Shown: piece after piece, positions 24,828-39,140 of the stretch
Layout: each line of letters opens with the position of its first letter
Numbering within the stretch: the first letter of the stretch is position 1
Source: Candidatus Saccharimonadales bacterium
GTDB lineage: Bacteria; Patescibacteriota; Saccharimonadia; Saccharimonadales; EFPC-124
Length of the DNA stretch: 64,000 nt
NCBI GenBank assembly: GCA_050730875.1
Contig: JBOHNX010000001.1
Location: 13,827-77,826 of the forward strand
Reading direction: 5' to 3'
Made by a program: the position numbers and the translations under genes
Notes under the pieces: model-generated
The model's database searches: none
What the model saw: the letters and a program-made list of their open reading frames with translations, nothing else
What the model was told of the DNA's origin: nothing

Positions 24828-24947
24828 TTTTGTTTTAAACTCCTTATCTAAAATTTAGCATAAGAAATATGTTCAAACAATAGTTGCTTTGAACATAAAT
24901 TGCCCGTTATAATGGAATAGTTGTAAATACTGAATCTTCAGATGTGA

Positions 24948-26930
<1,983 letters not shown>

Positions 26931-26933
26931 GCT

Positions 26934-29456
26934 ATGAACGACGAGAACAAGAATCCAATCGAAGGCGAAATTGTGGAGCGACCACAACACTCAAGAACAC
27001 TTGAGCTCGATACTGTTGAAGATGTAATGGAACGCAGCTACTTGCGTTACTCGATGAGTGTTATCGTTGCGCGTGCGCTTCCTGATGTGCGCGACGGCCT
27101 GAAACCTGTCCATCGTCGAATTCTTTATTCGATGAACCAAAACGGTATTCGCTCGAACTCCAAGTTTGTTAAGAGCGCACGTATTATTGGTGATGTTATG
27201 GGTAAGTACCACCCACACGGTGATATGGCTATCTATGACGCCATGGTACGTCTAGCCCAAGACTTCTCAACAAGGTATTTATTAGTAACCGGTCAGGGTA
27301 ACTTCGGTTCGATGGACGGAGACCCGCCAGCTGCTCACCGTTATACAGAAGCAAAGCTCAATCGTCATGCAGAAGAGCTGCTAGCCGATATCGATAAAGA
27401 TACGGTCGAGTTCCGCGATAACTTTGACGGCTCCGAACAGGAACCAAGCGTGCTGCCGGCCCGTTTGCCGAACCTTCTTTTGAACGGTCAAATGGGTATT
27501 GCTGTAGGTATGGCTACAAACATCCCGCCGCACAACTTGGGTGAGCTTGTAGATGCAGTAGTGCATTTAATAGATAATGAAGAAAATACAACGCTAGACG
27601 ACCTTCTTAAATATGTAAAAGGCCCCGACTTTCCAACTGGTGGTATTGTCTACGGTGGCGATTCTCTCCGTCAGGCGTATGCCACGGGCAAGGGTGGTGT
27701 TGTAATTCGTGCTGTAGCTAACATCGAAGAAACGGCAAAAGGTAAACACCAGATCGTAGTCACCGAGATTCCATATGCTGTAAACAAGGCAACACTTATT
27801 GAAAAAATTGCCGACCTTGTTAAAGAAAAGAAGATTGTTGGTATCTCGGACTTACGTGACGAAAGTGCTCGCGGTGTTGTTCGTGTTGTTATTGAGCTGA
27901 AGAAAGACTCTTATCCTAAAAAAGTTCTTAACCAGCTGTTTAAGCTTACGCCTTTGCAAATTAGCTTCCACTACAACATGCTGGCGCTAATCGATGGTAT
28001 CCAGCCTCGCATTTTGGGCTTGGAGGAAATTCTACGCGAATATATTAAACACCGTCAGGTCGTGGTGCGTCGCCGTACAGAATTCGAACTTCGCAAAGCC
28101 AAGGATCGCGCACACGTTCTGGAAGGCTTGAGCATTGCACTCGACCACATTGATGAAGTAATCAAGACTATCCGTGCTAGCCAGACAACAGATGAAGCCC
28201 AAGTGAACTTAATGAAGCAGTTCAAGCTTACTGAGATCCAAGCAAAGGCGATTCTGGCGATGCAACTGCGAACTCTCGCAGGCTTGGAGCGCAAGAGAAT
28301 TGAAGATGAGTTGGCTGAGCTGAAGAAGCTTATCGGCGAGTTAGAGTCTATCTTGGCCGATGAAAAGCGCATCTTGGGGATCGTCAAGGAAGAACTCCTA
28401 CAGATAAAGAAGTCTTATGGTGACGAACGACGCTCCCAGGTAATCTCACATGAGCTCGGCAAATTCAGCGATGAAGAATTGATACCTGACGAACAAGTTG
28501 TAGTAACCATAACCACAGAGAACTACATTAAACGCACACTTGTCAGTGATTACCGACGTCAGCACCGTGGCGGCAAAGGAAAACGCGCAATGACTACGAA
28601 AGAAGAGGATGTCATTGACCAGCTGGTAACTGCAAGCACGCACGATTGGCTCCTACTCTTCACTAATAAGGGTCGCGTCTTCCGCCTAAAGGCTTACGAA
28701 GTACCTGCGGCTGGGCTAAACGCTAAGGGTATTGCAGTAGTCAACTTGGTGCAGCTGCAACCTGAAGAGGTTGTGACTTCCATGATTCGTCTCGACAAAA
28801 AACACGATGAAAAGGGCTATCTCTTCATGACAACAACGCAAGGTGTTGTAAAGAAGACTCCGGTAACCGATTATGTGAACATCCGAACGTCCGGTCTGAT
28901 CACCATCCGGCTAGATGAAGGCGATGAACTTCGTTGGATTCACCTGGCAAATGGTAATAACGAGATAATCATCTCGACAGCCTTCGGACAAGCTATACGC
29001 TTTAGTGAAAAAGATGTTCGCGCAATGGGCCGTACGGCTCGCGGTGTTCGCGGCATTCGTCTCCGTAAAGGCGACCGAGTTGTCGGTGCAGATATAGTAG
29101 ACGAGAATCAGCAGTTGCTCGTATTGAGTCGAAACGGCTACGGTAAGTTAACAAAGGTGCCAAACTTCCCAGCTCATAAGCGTGGTGGAGTTGGTATTAA
29201 GGCAGGCGTTGTAAACACAAAGACAGGTGACCTAGTAACGGTTCGTTCGTTGAGTGCGGATGGCAAAGAGATTTTGATTATTTCTGCCAGGGGTCAGTCT
29301 ATCCGTATAGACATTAAAGATATTCCACTGCTTGGACGCACTACGCAGGGTGTGAGGATTATGCGCCTGCGTGATGGTGATACCGTGGCTTCTGTAGGGC
29401 TTGTAACTGGCACAACCACTGAGGAAATCGAGGAGGCAATAGAAAGTGGAGAATAA
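26934..29456 (+). CDS. gyrA: DNA gyrase subunit A
   Basis: 840-aa ORF containing [12 protein letters not shown], the QRDR-like [17 protein letters not shown], and C-terminal beta-pinwheel repeats. Confidence 0.97.
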   Translation: MNDENKNPIEGEIVERPQHSRTLELDTVEDVMERSYLRYSMSVIVARALPDVRDGLKPVHRRILYSMNQNGIRSNSKFVKSARIIGDVMGKYHPHGDMAIYDAMVRLAQDFSTRYLLVTGQGNFGSMDGDPPAAHRYTEAKLNRHAEELLADIDKDTVEFRDNFDGSEQEPSVLPARLPNLLLNGQMGIAVGMATNIPPHNLGELVDAVVHLIDNEENTTLDDLLKYVKGPDFPTGGIVYGGDSLRQAYATGKGGVVIRAVANIEETAKGKHQIVVTEIPYAVNKATLIEKIADLVKEKKIVGISDLRDESARGVVRVVIELKKDSYPKKVLNQLFKLTPLQISFHYNMLALIDGIQPRILGLEEILREYIKHRQVVVRRRTEFELRKAKDRAHVLEGLSIALDHIDEVIKTIRASQTTDEAQVNLMKQFKLTEIQAKAILAMQLRTLAGLERKRIEDELAELKKLIGELESILADEKRILGIVKEELLQIKKSYGDERRSQVISHELGKFSDEELIPDEQVVVTITTENYIKRTLVSDYRRQHRGGKGKRAMTTKEEDVIDQLVTASTHDWLLLFTNKGRVFRLKAYEVPAAGLNAKGIAVVNLVQLQPEEVVTSMIRLDKKHDEKGYLFMTTTQGVVKKTPVTDYVNIRTSGLITIRLDEGDELRWIHLANGNNEIIISTAFGQAIRFSEKDVRAMGRTARGVRGIRLRKGDRVVGADIVDENQQLLVLSRNGYGKLTKVPNFPAHKRGGVGIKAGVVNTKTGDLVTVRSLSADGKEILIISARGQSIRIDIKDIPLLGRTTQGVRIMRLRDGDTVASVGLVTGTTTEEIEEAIESGE

Positions 29457-29877
29457 CCTGCTCTCCGTATACCTCGCAGCGCCTTTTGCGGCTTGGCTTG
29501 TTGCACAGCTGCTAAAGGTTGCCATTGCGGCGGCGAGCGGCAGCAGAAGAAGTGATCTCTCCCTCTTCTTCAAGTCGGGTAGTATGCCAAGTTCGCATAG
29601 TGCCATGATGATCGCCCTCCTGGTAGCTATAGGAGCACGAGATGGCATAGATACGGCGCTATTCGGTGTTGTGGCCGTACTAAGCGTAATTGTTATGTAC
29701 GACGCCGTTAATGTACGGCGTGCAGTGGGTGAACAGGGTATAGTACTGAGAAAACTTGTAGCTTCTGCTGCCCAGAAGCCTGCATTCTACATGGCAAAAG
29801 GGCATCTTATATCAGAAGTAGTGGCCGGAGCGCTCGTTGGTTCGGCCGTCTCTGTACTAATGTTGCAATTTTTGTAA
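29446..29877 (+). CDS. Divergent PAP2 / DUF212-family membrane protein
   Basis: 143-aa ORF containing [14 protein letters not shown] and [14 protein letters not shown]. It overlaps the gyrA end by 11 nt. Confidence 0.7.
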   Translation: MENNLLSVYLAAPFAAWLVAQLLKVAIAAASGSRRSDLSLFFKSGSMPSSHSAMMIALLVAIGARDGIDTALFGVVAVLSVIVMYDAVNVRRAVGEQGIVLRKLVASAAQKPAFYMAKGHLISEVVAGALVGSAVSVLMLQFL

Positions 29878-29898
29878 CAATAATTGCCGCGACTTCCC

Positions 29899-29927
29899 TT
29901 GACATCAAGGTGTAGACAGGGTAGGAT
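29899..29927 (+). promoter_or_regulatory. rRNA promoter
   Basis: TTGACA, 17-nt spacer, TAGGAT, about 120 nt upstream of the 16S gene. Confidence 0.6.
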
Positions 29928-29973
29928 AACAAACAGTCTGCCGAAACTCTGTTAGGAGTGGGAGAGATCAGCA

Positions 29974-29986
29974 GCACTTTAACAAT
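29974..29986 (+). promoter_or_regulatory. boxA-like antitermination element
   Basis: GCACTTTAACAAT resembles rrn boxA (TGCTCTTTAACAA). A second, weaker copy, TGTAATTTAACAAC, lies at 32236-32249 ahead of the 23S gene. Confidence 0.5.
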
Positions 29987-30045
29987 ATGGTAGTGCAAGT
30001 CAACGTCAGTTTTAACTGAATGTGTCAATTTAGATAACATTCTTT

Positions 30046-31519
<1,474 letters not shown>

Positions 31520-31684
31520 AGGGAGTTCACGCCTATGCATCGAGCAATCATGCATAGTAGCGAGGTCGGTCGTATTGTTGTGTCGAGATCTCTACAACAA
31601 TTTTAGGCCATTTATGGTCACGACGAGATCGTCTTGTAACGCACGACTGCACGTTGACTGCACTACCATGTTGTTAAGTAAAAG

Positions 31685-31712
31685 CGCTTCTCTTAAGAGA
31701 GAGGCGTTTTTT
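31685..31712 (+). terminator. Terminator-like hairpin plus T6 directly after the 16S processing stem
   Basis: CGCTTCTCT-TAAG-AGAGAGGCG (9 bp with one G.U pair) followed by TTTTTT. Confidence 0.55.
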
Positions 31713-31732
31713 ATAAGGCAACTTAAACCATC

Positions 31733-31761
31733 TTGCTGGTGGCGCACTTTTCAGATAGAAT
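31733..31761 (+). promoter_or_regulatory. Internal promoter-like element upstream of tRNA-Ala
   Basis: TTGCTG, 17-nt spacer, TAGAAT. This has the same architecture as the rpsU and rnpB promoters. Confidence 0.5.
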
Positions 31762-31794
31762 ACAGGTTGTCCTGTACCACAAGGTGAAAAACGT

Positions 31795-31871
31795 GGGGCA
31801 TTAGCTCAGTTGGCTAGAGCACCTGCTTTGCAAGCAGGGGGTCGTCGGTTCGAGTCCGACATGCTCCACCA
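31795..31871 (+). tRNA. tRNA-Ala (TGC)
   Basis: Acceptor GGGGCAT/ATGCTCC with G3:U70. Anticodon loop TTTGCAA. CCA is encoded. Confidence 0.93.
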
Positions 31872-31887
31872 CGAGGGGCAAACCGGG

Positions 31888-31910
31888 CTTCGGTCCGGAA
31901 TGCTCCACCA
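31888..31910 (+). repeat. Degenerate duplicate of the tRNA-Ala 3' end
   Basis: CTTCGGTCCGGAATGCTCCACCA compares with the tRNA 3' end GTTCGAGTCCGACATGCTCCACCA. The last 11 nt are identical. It ends 3 nt before tRNA-Ile. Confidence 0.7.
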
Positions 31911-31913
31911 CGT

Positions 31914-31990
31914 GGGCGATTAGCTCAGCTGGTTAGAGCGCGTCACTGATAATGACGAGGTCGGAGGTTCGAGTCCCTCATCGCCCACCA
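31914..31990 (+). tRNA. tRNA-Ile (GAT)
   Basis: Acceptor GGGCGAT/ATCGCCC with discriminator A73. Anticodon loop CTGATAA. CCA is encoded. There is one A.C mismatch in the T-stem. Confidence 0.9.
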
Positions 31991-31994
31991 TGCC

Positions 31995-32023
31995 TTGTAA
32001 AACAACCACTGATCTGTTATTAT
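31995..32023 (+). promoter_or_regulatory. Promoter-like element after tRNA-Ile
   Basis: TTGTAA, 17-nt spacer, TATTAT. It resembles the element at 32140 through shared ACT-ATCTGTTA. Confidence 0.35.
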
Positions 32024-32060
32024 GATCAATGGGTTTGATAGCCACAGTTTTCTTTCGGAG

Positions 32061-32112
32061 AAAACCTCTGGCAACTAGCTGAAAGATTTCAGCTAGTTAC
32101 CAGAGGTTTTTT
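32061..32112 (+). terminator. Strong terminator-like hairpin inside the tRNA-23S spacer
   Basis: A stem of about 21 bp (AACCTCTGGCAACTAGCTGAA with TTCAGCTAGTTACCAGAGGTT, one mismatch) followed by TTTTTT. Confidence 0.5.
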
Positions 32113-32139
32113 GGTGTAAATACCGCAACGAAATAGTCC

Positions 32140-32169
32140 TTTACAAGATGAAGACTCATCTGTTACGAT
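32140..32169 (+). promoter_or_regulatory. Promoter-like element upstream of 23S
   Basis: TTTACA, 18-nt spacer, TACGAT. Confidence 0.35.
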
Positions 32170-32319
32170 GAGAGCGCTTGAGAGCAGACAGGATTGCCTG
32201 GTGAAGGCCTTGCTGCCTGAACTCAAGAATGAGTTTGTAATTTAACAACTAGGTTTTTAATGATGTAAAAGGATGACGGCAAGTTGGTTATTACCAACTA
32301 CTAGTCAAACCAATGCATA

Positions 32320-35366
<3,047 letters not shown>

Positions 35367-35546
35367 TCCTTTTCAGCAAACGTTTATGCTTGCATAAGCT
35401 AAGCTGATAAGGTAGGTTTGACTAGTAGTTGGTGTTTATCAACACCAGCCATCCTTTTACATTTGAAACTATGCGGCCCGCATGGACATCGAAATTTGTA
35501 TATGCTACGTTTACCTTATGGATAACTAATAAATCGCATACAAATT

Positions 35547-35655
<109 letters not shown>

Positions 35656-35664
35656 TTTATATAG

Positions 35665-35695
35665 AGCCCTCGGTTAACGCCGAGGGTTTTATCTT
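35665..35695 (+). terminator. rRNA operon terminator
   Basis: CCCTCGG-TTAACG-CCGAGGG followed by TTTTATCTTTT. Confidence 0.7.
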
Positions 35696-35788
35696 TTGTG
35701 ACACACAGATCTTCTCACTGAAGGTCTTTTTTCTTATTTCTAAGGAGTAGTTTGTATAAAATTTAACATTAAAATGCTCATGTAAATA

Positions 35789-35817
35789 TTGACAAAAAGC
35801 ATAAACATTGCTATAGT
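35789..35817 (+). promoter_or_regulatory. Promoter of the KGG stress-protein gene
   Basis: TTGACA, 17-nt spacer, TATAGT. Confidence 0.6.
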
Positions 35818-35850
35818 AATATCATTCACATAATGTGAGAGGAGAATAAT

Positions 35851-36045
35851 ATGGCAGGAACTAAAGCAGGCGGCCAAAAGGCTGCTCTGACAAACAAGTC
35901 GCGTCATGGTAAAGACTTTTATGCACGCATTGGTGCAAATGGTGGCCGCAAAGGTACAACTGGTGGCTTTGCCGCAAACCGCGAGCTTGCTCGCGCTGCT
36001 GGCCGCAAAGGTGGTATGATTAGCCGCCGCACCAAAAAAGCTTAA
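35851..36045 (+). CDS. KGG-repeat general stress protein (YciG/GsiB-like)
   Basis: 64-aa ORF with repeated GG-K/R-KG segments (GANGGRKGTTGGFAANRELARAAGRKGG). Confidence 0.65.
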   Translation: MAGTKAGGQKAALTNKSRHGKDFYARIGANGGRKGTTGGFAANRELARAAGRKGGMISRRTKKA

Positions 36046-36518
36046 AGACGAGTCCGTTTTAAGCGACAAAACAAGGCATCGTTTACATGCCACAAACACC
36101 TACAGTTAATACACCTGTAGGTGTTTGTTTTTGTTTGGAGCCCGTTCTGCTTACATTTGGGGCAGGTGCTGCGTTCGTGAAGCCAGCCACGGTATGTGTC
36201 GAGCTGGTCCTGGATGTAATTATCATCCATCGCAAGGTCGTAGCGTTTTGCGAGCGTCTTGGCTGCGTAGTGCCAGGCTTCGGTTTCGCACCTTAGAAGC
36301 TGTATATCGTGTTCGTAACCTTGGTGGTCCAATTCACCGTGAGCAATTTCGTGTAGTAAGGTCCAGATCTGTTTTTCATCGGTTAGCGGCAAGTGGGTTA
36401 TTGTGCGGTTTTGGGGTGACCAACGGAAAAGCTCACCTTCCTCAAAGACATAGGCTTCAAAGTCATTCTTAATGCGTTCAACTAGTTTGCTGATGTGTAG
36501 CATAGTAGTAGCAGCCAT
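36042..36518 (-). CDS. Putative HExxH zinc metallopeptidase-like protein with a C-terminal Zn-ribbon
   Basis: Contains LLHEIAHGELDH and CPKC...CINCRC. It shows a 4-nt convergent overlap with the KGG gene and overlaps the ROK gene end. Confidence 0.45.
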   Translation of the reverse strand: MAATTMLHISKLVERIKNDFEAYVFEEGELFRWSPQNRTITHLPLTDEKQIWTLLHEIAHGELDHQGYEHDIQLLRCETEAWHYAAKTLAKRYDLAMDDNYIQDQLDTYRGWLHERSTCPKCKQNGLQTKTNTYRCINCRCLWHVNDALFCRLKRTRL

Positions 36519-37281
36519 AAAGCACAGCCTCCTCGGGGTGTTTTGCTTTGCGAAGTTCTGGTTGAGATATGTAATGGGGGATACGACGTTTTAGCTGTTC
36601 TTGCAGGAGGTGCTGGAATTGTTCGAACTGAGTACTTACACCGCCTCCAAAAACGATCACAGATGGTTGCAACATAGGGATAATGGCGCCCAAACCTATA
36701 GCGAGGTGTTCGGCAACCCACTGCCATTCTTGGGGCTCGTGAAGCTCCTTGGCCATCTTATTAAAATGCTGCTTAATGGCTTTGCCAGATGCGAAATCTT
36801 CCCATTCCTGCCATTTATCTTCGTGCCAAAAGATCATATGGCCAGCTTCGCTTGGTGAGAGTGCCGGAAGCAAACGACCCTGCACATATATCCCACTTCC
36901 AATGCCCGTGCCGAGCGTTATGTATACGCCTAGGGGTGGTGTTTTAGGCAGTGCATTGATTTCCGCAAGGCCCGCGAGATTTGCATCGTTTTCGATATAA
37001 ATTGGACAGTTGTAATGCTCGGTCAGAAGCCGCTTTAGCGGAAGGTTGTGCCAAGGCAAGTTGCCGCAACGTACGATGGTTCCTTTATCATCAACCACAC
37101 CAGGCACACCAATAGAAAGAGCCGAAATTGAATTAAACTGTTCGAGTTGACGGGTAAGTTCCTGTAAAAACTCAGCCGGATCGGCAGACGTAGCGAAACG
37201 GAGCTCATTGACGGGCTGCAAGGCTTTGTCAAACTGAGCAATAAGGGTTTTTGTACCTCCAACGTCAACCGCCGTAATCAT
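36478..37281 (-). CDS. ROK-family sugar kinase (glucokinase-like)
   Basis: Contains the N-terminal MITAVDVGGTKT and the ROK signature region IENDANLAGLAE...GTGIGSG. Confidence 0.82.
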   Translation of the reverse strand: MITAVDVGGTKTLIAQFDKALQPVNELRFATSADPAEFLQELTRQLEQFNSISALSIGVPGVVDDKGTIVRCGNLPWHNLPLKRLLTEHYNCPIYIENDANLAGLAEINALPKTPPLGVYITLGTGIGSGIYVQGRLLPALSPSEAGHMIFWHEDKWQEWEDFASGKAIKQHFNKMAKELHEPQEWQWVAEHLAIGLGAIIPMLQPSVIVFGGGVSTQFEQFQHLLQEQLKRRIPHYISQPELRKAKHPEEAVLYGCYYYATHQQTS

Positions 37282-37331
37282 GAGCCGTTGGCTCCTGGCA
37301 GCAAGTTATTGTTACACAAAGGAAAAATCAT
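37278..37331 (-). CDS. Mini-ORF 3 (MIFPLCNNNLLPGANGS), ATGA-coupled to the ROK start
   Basis: Translated by hand. The ATG at 37331 is preceded by GAGGA. Its TGA (37278-80) overlaps the ROK ATG (37279-81). Confidence 0.3.
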   Translation of the reverse strand: MIFPLCNNNLLPGANGS

Positions 37332-37381
37332 AGGACTACGTCCTCTGGCAGCATTAAAATATTACATGGTTGAAAAATCAT
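37328..37381 (-). CDS. Mini-ORF 2 (MIFQPCNILMLPEDVVL)
   Basis: The ATG at 37381 is preceded by AGGAG plus 8 nt. Its TGA overlaps the ATG of mini-ORF 3. Confidence 0.3.
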   Translation of the reverse strand: MIFQPCNILMLPEDVVL

Positions 37382-37428
37382 GAGCTTCGCTCCTGGCAGC
37401 AAATCATCTTTAATAGCGGAAAAATCAT
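37378..37428 (-). CDS. Mini-ORF 1 (MIFPLLKMICCQERSS)
   Basis: ATG at 37428, and its TGA overlaps the ATG of mini-ORF 2. It matches the rpsU leader ORF at 12 of 16 residues. Confidence 0.3.
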   Translation of the reverse strand: MIFPLLKMICCQERSS

Positions 37429-37512
37429 GGTCCTAGTGTAGCATGCGTGGCTTTAGTTTGCGCTTTTCGATAAATGGTTTTATTATTTAATAAAGAAGAG
37501 AAGTGAGGGGAT

Positions 37513-37917
37513 ATGGAAGCATCTAAAACAGGGAATGTACGGTCACTCCTTTTATACGGAGCTCTTTTAGTAGGTTTACTCGTTGTAGTGGTCCTAGGTG
37601 TATTGTGGGCGAAGAATCGAGCCGACTATTATTACGCGAGTCAGCAAGCGCCTGCCGCTGAACAGCAGCAAGATCAGCCAGAAGGCGGAACACCAGCTGC
37701 CCCAAGCGAAGACAAGAACAAGGGTCAGCAACCAGCGCAGCAGCCTAGTACTCCACCGGCTCCCGATACAGCTCGAGCACCCTCTACAGGGGCAGAAACA
37801 CCGCGCGTACCGGCTACTGGTCCAGAAGACTTTGTACTCATGACGTTCGCCTTAGCTATAACAGCATTTATGTTAATGCGCTACTTGCAGGCGCGCCGCC
37901 GGCTTACGACTCTTTAG
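37513..37917 (+). CDS. Small Pro/Gln-rich surface protein with a sortase-like C-terminal signal
   Basis: 134-aa ORF. N-terminal TM helix, low-complexity middle, and a C-terminal VPATG followed by a hydrophobic helix and RRR. Confidence 0.55.
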   Translation: MEASKTGNVRSLLLYGALLVGLLVVVVLGVLWAKNRADYYYASQQAPAAEQQQDQPEGGTPAAPSEDKNKGQQPAQQPSTPPAPDTARAPSTGAETPRVPATGPEDFVLMTFALAITAFMLMRYLQARRRLTTL

Positions 37918-38033
37918 CCACCCCTTTACTTTTTCGTCTCTGTAAGGTTAAATAATACTAATCTTTTGGCGTGCGATTATATTTGCCGCGCCCTGAAGAA
38001 AATACTTTTTGAAAGGAGTGTTTTAATACACTT

Positions 38034-39092
38034 ATGGCTAAAGCCACAATAACAATGGACGACCTCCTTAATGAGGAGCAAGTCACACAAGTCGCACAAG
38101 GCGAGGTAATAGAAGGGAAGGTTCTCACGGTTCGCAAACACGAGCTGTGGGTTGATCTTGGACCTTACGGTGTCGGGCTTGTACCGCGCCGTGAAATTGG
38201 CGCAATGCGCAACCTGAAAGAAGGAGATGCTGTTACAGCAAGCGTTGTAGACCCCGAGATTGAGGATGGATACGCGCTGCTTAGCCTACGTAAGGCCGCT
38301 AAAGATCGTGGTTGGGACGAGCTCAAGCGAGTGTTCGATGATGGCGAAGTAATTGAAGTAACTGCGTACGATGCCAACCGAGGTGGTCTTTTGATCGAAC
38401 TTGAAGGTATCCGCGGCTTCTTGCCAGTTAGTCAGTTGAGTGCCGAGCACTATCCACGCGTTGCTGGTGCCGACAAAGATGAGATTTTGCAACGCCTGAA
38501 TGCGCTTATTAACAAGCCAATTCGCGTCCGTATTCTCGATGCTGACCGCAAAGCAAACAAGCTGATTTTCTCTGAAAAAGAAGCAGTTAAGGAAGGTTTG
38601 CAAGAGCGCTTCCAGAAGCTGACTGTCGGCGATATCGTTAAAGGTGTCGTAACTGGGGTCGTAGACTTTGGTGCGTTTGTGAACGTAGACGGCATCGAAG
38701 GCCTCATTCACATTAGCGAAATCAGCTGGGAACGTGTTAACAACCCTGCCGATTACGTAAAAGTGGGCGACACTGTCGAAGCTAAAATTATTGCCATCGA
38801 CAAAGACCGCCTGAGCCTCAGCCTCAAGCAACTCCAGGAAGACCCATGGGCAAAAGAAGTTGAAAGCTTCAAAAAGGACGATGAAGTCGAGGGCACTGTA
38901 ACTCGAATTACGCCATTCGGCGCGTTCATCCAACTTAGCCCAGCTGTCGAAGCATTGGTACACGTTACTGAACTCGGCGAAGGCGAAGGTGTTGACCCTG
39001 AAAAGATCTTCAAGCTCAACGAAAAGAAAACTTTCAAAATCCTGGAAATCGACAAAGAGAATCGCAAGATTTCACTAAGCCTCAAAAAATAA
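38034..39092 (+). CDS. rpsA: 30S ribosomal protein S1 (short, four S1 domains)
   Basis: 352-aa ORF with four repeated S1/OB motifs (G.V.G.V...G.FV.L...G..H.S). Confidence 0.85.
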   Translation: MAKATITMDDLLNEEQVTQVAQGEVIEGKVLTVRKHELWVDLGPYGVGLVPRREIGAMRNLKEGDAVTASVVDPEIEDGYALLSLRKAAKDRGWDELKRVFDDGEVIEVTAYDANRGGLLIELEGIRGFLPVSQLSAEHYPRVAGADKDEILQRLNALINKPIRVRILDADRKANKLIFSEKEAVKEGLQERFQKLTVGDIVKGVVTGVVDFGAFVNVDGIEGLIHISEISWERVNNPADYVKVGDTVEAKIIAIDKDRLSLSLKQLQEDPWAKEVESFKKDDEVEGTVTRITPFGAFIQLSPAVEALVHVTELGEGEGVDPEKIFKLNEKKTFKILEIDKENRKISLSLKK

Positions 39093-39140
39093 GCTATAAG
39101 AGCGCTGCATTGAAGTAGCCGCCAGAAAGGAGTAGTGATC

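Noticed and set aside
16773-24830. Prophage or ICE integrated at the tmRNA gene.
   Set aside because: Between ssrA and gyrB I find no integrase, relaxase or phage structural genes, and no downstream duplicate of the tmRNA 3' end. The cluster may simply be chromosomal.
37276-37430. The periodic repeat array might be a mini-CRISPR.
   Set aside because: The period is only 47-50 nt, with 3-4 units and variable segments of about 20 nt. Every unit carries an SD and an ATG in coupling register. There is no cas gene or leader nearby. It is better explained as tandem translation-initiation cassettes.
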